This document shows positions 48,586 to 58,690 of a stretch of 64,000 nucleotides of DNA, piece by piece. Position numbers and translations under genes: made by a program. The stretch covers positions 3,702 to 67,701 of the forward strand of contig JAHFHU010000002.1 in assembly GCA_023246755.1 (NCBI GenBank), in the 5' to 3' direction. The notes under the pieces were generated by a model, which did no database searches, was not told the DNA's origin, and saw only the letters and a program-made list of their open reading frames with translations. Source of the DNA: Candidatus Magasanikiibacteriota bacterium (GTDB lineage: Bacteria > Patescibacteriota > Patescibacteriia > Magasanikbacterales > 2-02-FULL-50-9b). Position 1 is the stretch's first letter; each line of letters starts with the position of its first letter.

Positions 48586-51500
48586 ATGTCTCTCCGGCAG
48601 TGGTTCAATAGAAAAAACCCTTTAAATAAAAAGAAAAATAAGACCGCCAGCACCAATTTTAATGATGCCGACGTTCTTTTTTATACACAAATAGATCCCG
48701 AAAAACCCCAATCTCTCGAAGAGAAATTCTGGGTAGTCGTTTTTGCGTGTGCTCTGGCCCTGTTTTTTTTGCCAATCATCTATCTCATACCGCGGATACA
48801 TGATTTAGTTAACGCAACCACATGGGTTACAACCGAAGATATAGAAACAACAGACGATGTGGGTGCATATGGCAACATCGTTCTTAATTCGTCTAATCTC
48901 CCTGATGCGGTTTTTTACGATAAAACAAATCGAAGAGTTCGATGGGCAACACGCTCTGCTGGCGGAACATGGGCGGCAGAATCGATTGAAACACTGCCAA
49001 ATGAGTACAATTTTGGCAACACAAACAACATAAAAATGGGTATAGCCATCGATCCGACCGATAATAAGCCATCGGTGCTTTACTGTAATTATGGCTACGG
49101 CGGCGGCGCTGCAAATTCGCAATTGCGTTTTGCACATCGGGTTGGCGGCGGCGCAGGGAATTGCGGTACGAGCAATAATTGGACATGTTCGAGCGTGGGC
49201 GACATAAGTGATTCGTGTGGTATGCGCATGGTTACGCTTGGGTTCCACGTGACGAGCAGTCAGCCGATCGCATCATATTCGCAAGACAGTGGCGCGGGTA
49301 CTCGCATAAAATACGCTGAGTACGACGGTTCCGCATGGACAATAACGACGATTGCGGGGAATGAGTCAACAGGATATTATGACCTACAACAAACCGCACT
49401 TTCGTTTACAACAAGCAGCGAGCCGGTTATTTTTTTCCCGCGTCAATACGACGGCTCAATCGATCAGGTTATGTATTCCTATCGCCGCGCATCGGATTGG
49501 GCGTGGCAAACACCGGTCGTCGTCGATAGCGTTCGACATATAAATGCACCCGCAACATTCATGTCGGCAACAAAAGACAGTAACGGGTATATTTGGGCCA
49601 CATATTCAACGGCATACGGCGGACTTAGCTACGCAAAACTTATCGGCGGCACGCTCACGACCTCGACGCTTGATCAAACCGTCAGCAGCACATGGAATTC
49701 GATCGCGATTATAAACAGTAATCCGGCGGTTGCGTGGTATGATTCGACCAACAGCGATCTTAAATATTCAATATACACTGCTGGTATATGGACGGGAGAA
49801 ACGGTTTCTTCAACGGGCGATGTTGGGCAATATGCCGCGCTTGCCTCAACGGGCGGCCTGCCATTTATTTCTTACTACGACCGCACGAACGGCAACGCCA
49901 GCTTCATTTCGGCAACAGCGTTTAACACGGCGCCAACTGCCCCGACCGTGCCATATTCGAACTCAACAACTGCGCAATCTGGTTTAGCTAATCCAACGAA
50001 TCTTGCAACAAGCACGCCGGCATTTTCCGCCCTGTTTAATGACGCAGATGGGAGTGACACGGGCCAGAAGGCTGAAATTCAGGTGACAACGAGCACGGAT
50101 GGTTTTGCAACCGTCACGCACTGGGAGTCTGGTGCATCCGGTAACACCTATTCTCCAAACACAACAAATGGCGCTCGTTCAATTGATTTTGGCTACAATA
50201 ACTTCGGAAGCGCCGCAACAAAATCTATCAGTTTTCCGGACGACGGAACGGAGGGCGGCACCAACACCACGTATTATTGGCGAATTCGATTTTGGGATGC
50301 GAGTGTTGCGGGCACATGGTCGGCGACCGCAACATTTTCGATCTTGGATCTTCCCGCTGCGCCGTCATCACTCCTTGCGCCGTTAAGCGAAACAAGTGCT
50401 GTCGCAAGTTGGACGGATAATTCTTCGATTGAGCGCAGTTTTGCGCTCGCGCAATCAACGGACAACAGCACGTACACACACGCCGCAACATCATCGGCGA
50501 ATGTCGCAACCGCAACCGCGTCAACTTTGATTCCGAACACACTTTATTATTTTAAGGTTCGTGCGTACAATCTTGCGGGTTATTCATCCTATTCGACCGC
50601 AACGAGCGGCTACACACTTGCAAATATTCCGGCGACAGTGATGGCAAGTTCATCCGCGTACGATCGCGTGAGTCTTTCGTGGAGCGCAAATAGCAACTCA
50701 GCCGGAACCGAATATGATGTGTTGAATGTAACCGCGAGCACAAATTCTGGATTCGCTGCAGGAACAAACGCGACAATCACGGGCCTGCAGGGTGCAAAAT
50801 CATATACGTTTCAGGTTCGAGCTCGAAATTCGGCACTCATCAACACGAGCTATTCTTCCGTTGCGACAACGACCACGCTTCCGAACGATCCCGCGAGCCT
50901 CACCGCTACACAAAGCGGCACGTCGGTCGTGCTCGCGTGGAGCGCAAATGGTAATAGCGCCTCGGCGAATTATATTGTCGAAAATATCACAACCGGTCTG
51001 ACATCAGGCCTGATTAGCGCAACAACGTACACGTTTACCGGTTTGACCACCGGCTCAACATACCAATTTCGTGTTAAGGCATACAACAGTGATTCGATGG
51101 CGTCTGGTTATTCGGGCACCACATCCATCACGCTCACCGCGAGTTCTTCGGGGAGCGCGGGCGGGGCAGCGTCGCAAGGTCGCGCCGAACAACAGGCGCA
51201 GCAACAAGCGATCATCGCCGATGCGATGAGTGGAGCTTTTACCATTTCATCGATTGACAATGGCGTTACATCAAAAATGACGTCTTCGACGCAGGTGTAT
51301 CTGAATCTGACGTATTCTGCAAATGTTACCGACATGATGGTTTCAAATCAGCCCGGATTTGATGGTGAATCATGGATTAAGGCACAACAAAAGACGGCGT
51401 GGAATATTATTGGCGGAACAGGCACGCGCACCGTTTACGTTAAATTTCGAAGCAAAAAATTAAACACGAGCGACGTTTTTGCGCAATCAATCACACTCGA

Positions 51501-53889
51501 TCAGGTCGCGCCGGCGGTTCCAACGATCGCATCGCCGACGATGAATGAAAAATTAACCACTGAAAAAATTTCCTACAGTGGCACCGGAGAAAGTCAATCG
51601 CACATCATCCTCACTCTGCACAGCACGGTCAACGGAGTGACTGTCAGTCAATCGATCGGCGATGTTGTGGTCGATGAGCGTGGCGCATGGTCATACGATG
51701 CGCCAATTCCGCTTGCCACGGGCAACTATTCCGTATACGTGACTTCGTTCGACGCGGCGGGCAATAATGCAAAATCTGCGATGATTAGATTTTCGGTTGT
51801 TGATAATACGCCGCCGGCAACGCCCGACGTTTTGTTGCCCGAACAACATGGGGTTGTTGAGGGTGGTTTATTTTCCACCAATGGGTTCGCCGAGCCAAAT
51901 ACAAAAATTATCATTGTCCGCGACAATATTTTGACGTATCAGGCGGAAACACAACTCGATGGGACATGGAAATATCATTTTGTTGTGCCGCTCGGGGTTG
52001 GGACGCATTCGCTTGAATACACAGCAATTGACAGTTCAAGCAATCAGAGCGCCAAGCGAACCATTCTGTTTTCTGTGACCGGGCCCATCATAGCAGCGCC
52101 GATCATACCAGATCTGCCCATCGTTCAACCGCCAGCGTCGCCCTCACCAATTATTTCTCAAAAACCTCACAATCCAAAACCGGCTTTTTTTGATCAAACA
52201 GCAAGTGCACCAACAGGGAAATCAATCGCGGGTGGCACTGCAAATGTAAGTTCATCACCAGATTCACCAACAAATTCGACGTCGGACTCATCAGGCGCAG
52301 CCATCTCTGATGGAATTATTACGCTCGATCCGAAATCGCAAATTGACATTGTCGCGCAATCGTCGAACGAAAGCGTTTCGTCGGGAATTTTGAAGAACGC
52401 CGCCGCTGTCGTTAATGCAGCGTATGATCGGGCGCAGATCGTGGCGCGCCAAACGGCTGTTTCGGCAAAGCGAGCCGCACGTGTTGTTAAACAGGTTGCT
52501 GAAACTCCACAAGTGCAAGCCACCAATAAAATCGTCGTGGTTCCGACGACGTCGGCGATTGCGATTGCGTCGGTGGGTGGCGCGGTCAACAGTTCGCAAT
52601 ATTTGATTTATCTCAAATATTTGTTTACGCAACCATTTTCGTTGTTGCGGCGCCGGCGAAGAAAAGGGTGGGGGACGGTTTACAATGCATTGACGAAGTT
52701 GCCGGTTGATCTTGCGGTTGTACGCATTGTTGATGCGAAATCAAACCGCGTAGTTCAGTCGCGCGTAACGGATCGCATGGGCCGGTATCAATTTTTTGTT
52801 CAACCCGGCGAATACGCGATTGAATCAACGAAGCAAGACTTTTCGTTTCCGCCGGTATATATGAAGGGCCGAACGGAAGATGGGCGCTATACGGATGTCT
52901 ATGCGGGTGGCGCGCTCGCGCTTGAACAGCCAACGGCCGTGCGATACAACATTCCGCTTGATCCGGCTGGGATGGAAAAGCCCGCGTCCCAGATTTTGCG
53001 TGAGGCGGCAAAAAAACGTTTTGCGCAAATTGCGAGTTTGGGTGGCGTAATTATGACCGGCGTTTCATTCGCGGTGACGCCAACTCCAATTGTGGGTGCG
53101 TTTTTGGTTGGACATATCGGTAGTTACTTTGTTTTTCGCCGTCTGGCTCTTGGAAAAAAGCCGAACAATTGGGGGGTTGTCTATGATGCAGAAACAAAAT
53201 TACCCGTTGCAAAGGCGATCGTGCGCATTTTTGACACGCAATACAACAAACTTCTTGAAACACAAGTGACCGATGACAAAGGTCGGTATGCGTTTTTAGT
53301 CGGTAAAAATACGTATTATGTGATGGCCGAACACCAAGGTCATCAAAAATTTGTTTCACAACCCGTTGAAATACGCGAGGATGTTGAGGGAAGCGCCGTC
53401 GCACCGGACGTTATGCTTAAAGTCGAATCGGTTCTCGTTCCAGAAACGCTCTCATCGGTCCCCGTAACGGAAACGCCGGCGATTGCGGAAGCCGTCTTGC
53501 CGAGCGCTGATTCGGTTCAGCCTCAACAGCAACCGGTAAGTTACGCACCAAAAGCAATTGTTCCGTTACATGTCGACGCAGCGTCGGATCTCAGTCCATC
53601 GATTCTTTTTAAAAAAATTTCGTCCGAAAATAATAATTCCACGCCTATCGCCGAGGCACTTGCGAGTAAAACACAACAAACCGAACAGTTCGTGGTGTTT
53701 AAAAAAATTGAGCAACAAGCATCGGCGCAGCGCAAAATCGCTCCACTCGCAATTGCACACACAAATACATCTGGTTTGTTAGCGCCCATTTCATTGGCGT
53801 CCCGAAAATTAATCATAACCGGCTTGCCGCATGATATTGATGAGTTGCCTGAGCTCATCAACGACGGAAATTTTTTGCCACAGCGATAA
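48586..53889 (+). CDS. giant (1767 aa) cell-surface protein with N-terminal TM anchor, FN3-like and Ig-like repeats, and two carboxypeptidase-regulatory-like domains
   Basis: TM helix at residues ~50-70. FN3-like segments (…YYFKVRAYNLAGYS…, …YQFRVKAYNSDS…). Big/Ig-like repeats. Two CarboxypepD_reg-like modules (…VRIVDAKSNRVVQSRVTDRMGRYQF…, …VRIFDTQYNKLLETQVTDDKGRYAF…). Confidence 0.7.
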   Translation: MSLRQWFNRKNPLNKKKNKTASTNFNDADVLFYTQIDPEKPQSLEEKFWVVVFACALALFFLPIIYLIPRIHDLVNATTWVTTEDIETTDDVGAYGNIVLNSSNLPDAVFYDKTNRRVRWATRSAGGTWAAESIETLPNEYNFGNTNNIKMGIAIDPTDNKPSVLYCNYGYGGGAANSQLRFAHRVGGGAGNCGTSNNWTCSSVGDISDSCGMRMVTLGFHVTSSQPIASYSQDSGAGTRIKYAEYDGSAWTITTIAGNESTGYYDLQQTALSFTTSSEPVIFFPRQYDGSIDQVMYSYRRASDWAWQTPVVVDSVRHINAPATFMSATKDSNGYIWATYSTAYGGLSYAKLIGGTLTTSTLDQTVSSTWNSIAIINSNPAVAWYDSTNSDLKYSIYTAGIWTGETVSSTGDVGQYAALASTGGLPFISYYDRTNGNASFISATAFNTAPTAPTVPYSNSTTAQSGLANPTNLATSTPAFSALFNDADGSDTGQKAEIQVTTSTDGFATVTHWESGASGNTYSPNTTNGARSIDFGYNNFGSAATKSISFPDDGTEGGTNTTYYWRIRFWDASVAGTWSATATFSILDLPAAPSSLLAPLSETSAVASWTDNSSIERSFALAQSTDNSTYTHAATSSANVATATASTLIPNTLYYFKVRAYNLAGYSSYSTATSGYTLANIPATVMASSSAYDRVSLSWSANSNSAGTEYDVLNVTASTNSGFAAGTNATITGLQGAKSYTFQVRARNSALINTSYSSVATTTTLPNDPASLTATQSGTSVVLAWSANGNSASANYIVENITTGLTSGLISATTYTFTGLTTGSTYQFRVKAYNSDSMASGYSGTTSITLTASSSGSAGGAASQGRAEQQAQQQAIIADAMSGAFTISSIDNGVTSKMTSSTQVYLNLTYSANVTDMMVSNQPGFDGESWIKAQQKTAWNIIGGTGTRTVYVKFRSKKLNTSDVFAQSITLDQVAPAVPTIASPTMNEKLTTEKISYSGTGESQSHIILTLHSTVNGVTVSQSIGDVVVDERGAWSYDAPIPLATGNYSVYVTSFDAAGNNAKSAMIRFSVVDNTPPATPDVLLPEQHGVVEGGLFSTNGFAEPNTKIIIVRDNILTYQAETQLDGTWKYHFVVPLGVGTHSLEYTAIDSSSNQSAKRTILFSVTGPIIAAPIIPDLPIVQPPASPSPIISQKPHNPKPAFFDQTASAPTGKSIAGGTANVSSSPDSPTNSTSDSSGAAISDGIITLDPKSQIDIVAQSSNESVSSGILKNAAAVVNAAYDRAQIVARQTAVSAKRAARVVKQVAETPQVQATNKIVVVPTTSAIAIASVGGAVNSSQYLIYLKYLFTQPFSLLRRRRRKGWGTVYNALTKLPVDLAVVRIVDAKSNRVVQSRVTDRMGRYQFFVQPGEYAIESTKQDFSFPPVYMKGRTEDGRYTDVYAGGALALEQPTAVRYNIPLDPAGMEKPASQILREAAKKRFAQIASLGGVIMTGVSFAVTPTPIVGAFLVGHIGSYFVFRRLALGKKPNNWGVVYDAETKLPVAKAIVRIFDTQYNKLLETQVTDDKGRYAFLVGKNTYYVMAEHQGHQKFVSQPVEIREDVEGSAVAPDVMLKVESVLVPETLSSVPVTETPAIAEAVLPSADSVQPQQQPVSYAPKAIVPLHVDAASDLSPSILFKKISSENNNSTPIAEALASKTQQTEQFVVFKKIEQQASAQRKIAPLAIAHTNTSGLLAPISLASRKLIITGLPHDIDELPELINDGNFLPQR

Positions 53890-53950
53890 AACTTTACGTC
53901 GATGCGCGTGCGTGATAGGATTTTGCAGCGCTTGGCGTAAAATTTTTCTC

Positions 53951-54023
53951 GGGCCCTTAGCTCATTTGGTAGAGCGCTTCCATGGCATGGAAGAGGTGGC
54001 GAGTTCGAGCCTCGCAGGGTCCA
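53951..54023 (+). tRNA. tRNA-Ala (anticodon GGC)
   Basis: Manual cloverleaf: acceptor GGGCCCT/AGGGTCC with the G3·U70 alanine identity pair, anticodon stem CTTCC/GGAAG with loop ATGGCAT, T-arm GCGAG-TTCGAGC-CTCGC, discriminator A. Confidence 0.7.
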
Positions 54024-54052
54024 ATTTTTTGAAAAATCTCAGCAATTTTGCG

Positions 54053-54081
54053 TTGACAAAACACGTTTTTTGTGCTATTAT
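54053..54081 (+). promoter_or_regulatory. promoter TTGACA-17-TATTAT upstream of the QG-rich repeat protein gene
   Basis: cgTTGACAaaacacgttttttgtgcTATTATag. Confidence 0.5.
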
Positions 54082-54141
54082 AGTTAGGTAATTATTCATC
54101 TTCTAATCCTTCGTCTCTCAGGTTGGACTAAAAGATTTTTT

Positions 54142-55677
54142 ATGCAGTTCCTTACTAAGTGGTGCAAACATATGTGCACCGTACCCGCACGAGTATATTT
54201 CGTAGCATTTGTTTTTGCCCTCTCGACCGTTTACGTGTCGCAAGAGGTTGGCTCTGTTTTTGCGCAGAGCGTTGGTTCGGGTCCGATGCCGCCGCAGCCG
54301 ATGGGACCGCCACCAAATAACCAGATGGGTCCAAACCAGATGGGCGGGCAACAGGCCGGTGGTCCGCAAGGCGGCCAGTTCGGCAAAATGGATCAGGGCC
54401 AATTTGGTGGTCAGCCACAACAGCAACAGCCGATGCAGCAAGGCCCCAATCAAATGATGCCGCCGTTGAATGGCGGGCAGGGAATGCCACCAAGTCAAGG
54501 CGGTAAACCAGATTTTAATGGTGGACAGATGCAGTTTGGTCAACAGCCAATGCAAAAGATGGGAAAATTTGACAACAGCCAAATGGGTCCAAACCAGATG
54601 GGCGGGCAACAGGCCGGTGGTCCGCAAGGCGGCCAGTTCGGCAAAATGGATCAGGGCCAGTTTGGTGGTCAGCCACAACAGCAACAGCCGATGCAACCAC
54701 AACAGTTTCAGAACGATCAAAAACAGGGCGGCGTCATGGAAAAAGGACAGCACGAAGATTCAGACGCGCAGCAATCAAAAATGGAAGCGCAGCGCGCAGA
54801 GCAGATGAAAAAACAGTTTGCTCAAATGAAAAAGCAGTTTGGTCAGATGGGTTCTATGTTGAAAAAAGTTGAAGCGCGCGTAGCTGCTGTAGAAAAGCAG
54901 GGCGTAAAAGCTCCAACCGAACTTGCGGAAGCTCTCGCAAATGCAAAAATCGCGCTCGCAACGGTGCAGAACGCACAATCATTAGAAGATGATGGTGTGC
55001 AAGATGCGATGCAAGCGTTGCAAGAGAGCGGTCACACCTTGCAACAAGGTATGCAGCAACTTGAGATGCTTGGGCAAATGCCACAAATGTTAAAACAAGC
55101 TGCGTCAGAAATTAAAAAACTCGAAGCGTCATACACACGTTCACAGAAATTAGTGAGTCGCGCGAAAATCGATGTGTCAAGTCAGATGGCCGAATTTCGT
55201 AAGGCAATTGACACGATTAAAGCTGGCTACGCCAACGCGCAGCAACTCATCCAGAGTGGCGATGCGGAAGGCGCGAGCGAAGCGCTTAAAACAGATGTGT
55301 GGGATAATATGCAAGACGCATATCAGTATCCCGGCATGATCGAAGCGTTGAGCAATGTAAAAAAATATCTTACCAACTTCGACAAATTCATTGCGCGTGC
55401 CGCAAAGAGTAAGGCCGTTGGCGGAGACAGCGAAGCGAGCGCCGCGCTTCAGGACATGCGAACGAAAGTCGTTGAACTCAAGCAGTCAGCGACGCAAGCA
55501 ACAACAGATCCCGAAGAATTGAAATCCGCGATTAACGACATCTTTGAATTGCAATCAACGATTCAAGGTGTGTTGGGCACGAGCAATCCAATGAGTGCGC
55601 AATCGCGACAGAACGGAAATTCATCCTTTGACTTTTCAGCTTTTGGACAGGTGAACGATTCACAAGGGCAGCGGTAA
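54142..55677 (+). CDS. secreted low-complexity Q/G/P/M-rich repeat protein with coiled-coil C-terminal half
   Basis: Signal-peptide-like segment after an alternative ATG at 54172. A 38-aa unit (MGPNQMGGQQAGGPQGGQFGKMDQGQFGGQPQQQQPMQ) is duplicated. The C-terminal half is helical and K/E/Q-rich. Confidence 0.55.
   Translation: MQFLTKWCKHMCTVPARVYFVAFVFALSTVYVSQEVGSVFAQSVGSGPMPPQPMGPPPNNQMGPNQMGGQQAGGPQGGQFGKMDQGQFGGQPQQQQPMQQGPNQMMPPLNGGQGMPPSQGGKPDFNGGQMQFGQQPMQKMGKFDNSQMGPNQMGGQQAGGPQGGQFGKMDQGQFGGQPQQQQPMQPQQFQNDQKQGGVMEKGQHEDSDAQQSKMEAQRAEQMKKQFAQMKKQFGQMGSMLKKVEARVAAVEKQGVKAPTELAEALANAKIALATVQNAQSLEDDGVQDAMQALQESGHTLQQGMQQLEMLGQMPQMLKQAASEIKKLEASYTRSQKLVSRAKIDVSSQMAEFRKAIDTIKAGYANAQQLIQSGDAEGASEALKTDVWDNMQDAYQYPGMIEALSNVKKYLTNFDKFIARAAKSKAVGGDSEASAALQDMRTKVVELKQSATQATTDPEELKSAINDIFELQSTIQGVLGTSNPMSAQSRQNGNSSFDFSAFGQVNDSQGQR
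54325..54438 (+). repeat. intragenic direct repeat copy 1 (~114 nt)
   Basis: Near-identical (1-2 mismatches) to 54583-54696. Confidence 0.7.
54583..54696 (+). repeat. intragenic direct repeat copy 2 (~114 nt)
   Basis: Near-identical to 54325-54438. A recent in-frame duplication. Confidence 0.7.
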
Positions 55678-55748
55678 TCGCTCCCGATCGCACACGCAAC
55701 TGTCATGAAAGGTATCGTAATAAAATCCCCGTTTTTTCTGCGGGGATT

Positions 55749-57146
55749 TTAAATTTGATCTATGGTCTCTATGAAAATTTGAGCAAGTTTTTTAGTTGTC
55801 GCGATTGATTCTGTTCCAACGGAAATGCGCAAAAATGGTTGCGTGTCCTTGTCAGCATGAAGCGCGGTTAGATAGACGCGTGTCGTGTCCATGCCAAAAC
55901 TGGTTCCCGCAACGAGATCGACGCGATGTTTTTTTGCTAGAGCAATTGCACGCCGGATGAATTTTTTGTACAGTACGATTTTTGATTGATGCGATTTTGG
56001 GGCAAGCACAAAAAAACTGCCGTGAAATTTTTTTGAGCACGTCCAATCATATCCTGTGTATGTTGGTAACCCCGGATACACGACGTGTGAGAACGGCGAT
56101 TTTTTTTGTACGCGCAGATGTTCGTCGATTATGGCCGTGAGATACGATGCGTTACGTTGCATGCGCAGTATTCGGTTTTCGAGCAGTGCGCGATTTGGTT
56201 CGGGGAGGGCGAGCACCGACGCATCCGGCATGATTGTTCCAAAATGCATCCGCCAAAGCAAAAGTCGGCATGATGAAATTGCAGATGTCCATATCACACC
56301 ACCGGTTACCCGATCCAAACCAAACTGATGATATTTGTTGAGACTTTCGAAAACAATCAGAGTAAGTTTGCTCGGAACGAGTGGCATGTCTTTGAGCGGT
56401 TGATACATGATGCTCAAGCCGGTATTGTCGAGCACGAGTGTTGTGGGGCGCGTGATTTCTTTTGCAAGGCGCGTGATGATGCGTGTCAGGTCAGGCATCG
56501 CAATCGTTTCAGTGTTGCAGAGCGAATCTAAAAAAATCACAGACGGCTGAATTTTTTTGACTGCCGCGAGCAGTGCATCGACATCCATTTCGTCAACGTA
56601 GGTTAAATGCTCGCGGCAAAAACTTTCAAGGATTAATTTGCTCTCAAAATATGTCGAGACTCCGGCGACAACCGGCCCGTCGATCATTCCATCAAGTTGG
56701 AGGCTCAACAAAATGGTGGTGAATGCCGACATCCCGCTTGATGTTACTAAAACATTTGGCGGCAAGCGCAGCGGTGCGTCGATGTACGACGCGCGAAACG
56801 CACGTTCGTATTGTTCGGCGTCAAGGTGGCGATCACGTTTGTAATCATTGATTGTGCCATCGATTTTTCCCGTTTGACTGCCGGCTTTTGAGTTGATTGA
56901 GTGCGCATACGAAGGGGACTGCCAATCTGTCGAGGCAAGAATTGCCGCAGTGATGCCTTGTAATTCGCGTAGTTTTTCCGCAGATGAATTATCAAAATCC
57001 TGTTCAATTTTTTGGTATGCTACGATGGTTTCATCTAAAATTTTTGATGAAATTTTGTTGTTTTTTTTAAAATTTTCGAGACGTCGAAGTGCGGATGTGC
57101 AGAGAAATAATAGTTCATCGCACTCACTTCGTGCGTTTTTCTCCAT
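55749..57146 (-). CDS. PLP-dependent Cys/Met-metabolism-family enzyme (cystathionine gamma-synthase/beta-lyase-like) with N-terminal extension
   Basis: SGMSA, the PLP-lysine region FESLNKY, and the C-terminal RISVGTE motif characteristic of the Cys_Met_Meta_PP family. Confidence 0.55.
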   Translation of the reverse strand: MEKNARSECDELLFLCTSALRRLENFKKNNKISSKILDETIVAYQKIEQDFDNSSAEKLRELQGITAAILASTDWQSPSYAHSINSKAGSQTGKIDGTINDYKRDRHLDAEQYERAFRASYIDAPLRLPPNVLVTSSGMSAFTTILLSLQLDGMIDGPVVAGVSTYFESKLILESFCREHLTYVDEMDVDALLAAVKKIQPSVIFLDSLCNTETIAMPDLTRIITRLAKEITRPTTLVLDNTGLSIMYQPLKDMPLVPSKLTLIVFESLNKYHQFGLDRVTGGVIWTSAISSCRLLLWRMHFGTIMPDASVLALPEPNRALLENRILRMQRNASYLTAIIDEHLRVQKKSPFSHVVYPGLPTYTGYDWTCSKKFHGSFFVLAPKSHQSKIVLYKKFIRRAIALAKKHRVDLVAGTSFGMDTTRVYLTALHADKDTQPFLRISVGTESIATTKKLAQIFIETIDQI

Positions 57147-57552
57147 ATAAAATTTTGATAGAAAATATACATCCGCCGATGCCGTCGAATAATAAATCGA
57201 ACATGGTGTCGGAGTTGTTCAGCTGGAAGTGCGTGTTGAAAAAATAGTCATGTAAGAATTCGTACCACTCCCACGCAACGCCAAAAAGCATGACGAATGA
57301 GATGAGCAAAACAATTTGTCCAAGCAGCGGAATTTTTTTCCACCAAATCAACGACGGCGTTGCGGAAACATATTGATGGAACATGTGGGCGATCGCGAGG
57401 CCGCCGAGTCCATGCATGAGATGATCGATGCGCGGTTCAAATGCATAGATACGATCCATGAATGGCGTTTGGTTAATTAAAAACAGCGCGACGGGCGCCC
57501 ACATGATAGAAATTATTTTTTTCATAGATTTTTTGATATACTGAATTCCCAT
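57124..57552 (-). CDS. small integral membrane protein (VanZ-like?)
   Basis: Four hydrophobic segments. Weak resemblance to VanZ-like proteins. Confidence 0.4.
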   Translation of the reverse strand: MGIQYIKKSMKKIISIMWAPVALFLINQTPFMDRIYAFEPRIDHLMHGLGGLAIAHMFHQYVSATPSLIWWKKIPLLGQIVLLISFVMLFGVAWEWYEFLHDYFFNTHFQLNNSDTMFDLLFDGIGGCIFSIKILYGEKRTK

Positions 57553-58690
57553 GACGAGTGAAACTTTTTTTGAAAAATTATCTGATGCTCTGTTGCAACC
57601 GCCCGCGCACGCGTGGGATGGTCCGCAACCTGGACTTTCCGCGCAAGCTGATGAGCGTTGTCGTTATTATTTTTCGCAAAACACAGGACGACTGGAGCGT
57701 ATTGTACAGCATGATGCGACGGGTGCGCCAGCCGTGCAAGTTCATTATCGACATGTTGACTCCGGCGAAATTTCCGGTCAATCGCGGGCGCGCGCATTTG
57801 AAATTGAGCGATGGAATGGTGACGCGTTTGTTTCCGAAGGGGTGGTCGCACAAGACGGCCGTGTGATTCGGACGCACGCGCTTCCGCGCACGATGCTCAC
57901 CGAGCATGGAAAACAGGAGCCTATCCCGCGCGAGTCGGATATTTTTATCACACCATCCGGCGAGGTTGTTCGACTTTCGTCGCAAGGGACTTTTTTCGCA
58001 TCACCACGCGCTGCATATTTGGGTCGCGCAACAATTTTTAACGCAGCGCATCCGTTTGTCGTTAAAACACCATCGGGTGAGCATGAACTTTCCGTTGATT
58101 GTCGGGACACGGTGATTGATGTTGAAGGGAATGTGTTTGAATTTAAGTCGGAAGGTTTGGTTGCGATCGGAGAGCTTGTCATTCCCGAGTTAGATCACGC
58201 GGCGGATCAGGTGGGCACGCAGCATCTCGTTCATGATTTTTTTACGCTTTCGCTTGCGGATAACGCAGTTACCGTCGATTTTCATGACGCGAAAATTAAT
58301 GAAATGCTGGAGCGGCCGTTGCATCCGATTGGCGGGCGACACCCGTTTGTTCACGATGCGACGCCGGAACTTGTTGATATACACGGCAGCACGCTCGGTG
58401 AGGAGCGGTTACGCGAAGTTGAGCGCGCGGCGCTTGAGCTCGGGCTTGTGAGTTTTGCGCTTCGGAATGAGACGCGACGGCCTGCGCGCGCGGCGTTTTT
58501 GAAAGCGCAGCACGCGCTCGAAGATCGGTTGTGGCATCGGATTGATCGGCTCGAGGAGCTCGTCGGGATGGCGCGGCACACGCTCGTGAACCCGACGCAA
58601 ATTCGTGCGTGGATTGACCGCGCAGCCGAACATCCGCACGAAGCTTTGCTCGCGCTCAAAGCACATCAATCGTATGTTGCAGCTCGATAA
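57551..58690 (+). CDS. hypothetical protein (GC-rich module, ~62% GC)
   Basis: 379-aa ORF with no recognised motif. Composition is clearly distinct from its neighbours. Confidence 0.45.
   Translation: MTSETFFEKLSDALLQPPAHAWDGPQPGLSAQADERCRYYFSQNTGRLERIVQHDATGAPAVQVHYRHVDSGEISGQSRARAFEIERWNGDAFVSEGVVAQDGRVIRTHALPRTMLTEHGKQEPIPRESDIFITPSGEVVRLSSQGTFFASPRAAYLGRATIFNAAHPFVVKTPSGEHELSVDCRDTVIDVEGNVFEFKSEGLVAIGELVIPELDHAADQVGTQHLVHDFFTLSLADNAVTVDFHDAKINEMLERPLHPIGGRHPFVHDATPELVDIHGSTLGEERLREVERAALELGLVSFALRNETRRPARAAFLKAQHALEDRLWHRIDRLEELVGMARHTLVNPTQIRAWIDRAAEHPHEALLALKAHQSYVAAR

Noticed and set aside
53831-54091. 86-aa ORF overlapping tRNA-Ala
   Set aside because: It overlaps a well-formed tRNA (G3·U70, GGC anticodon) and the downstream promoter. 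Spurious.
54118-54753. 211-aa minus ORF (Leu/His/Trp-rich) opposite the QG-rich protein gene
   Set aside because: Antisense translation of a repetitive Q/G/P-coding region. No start context.
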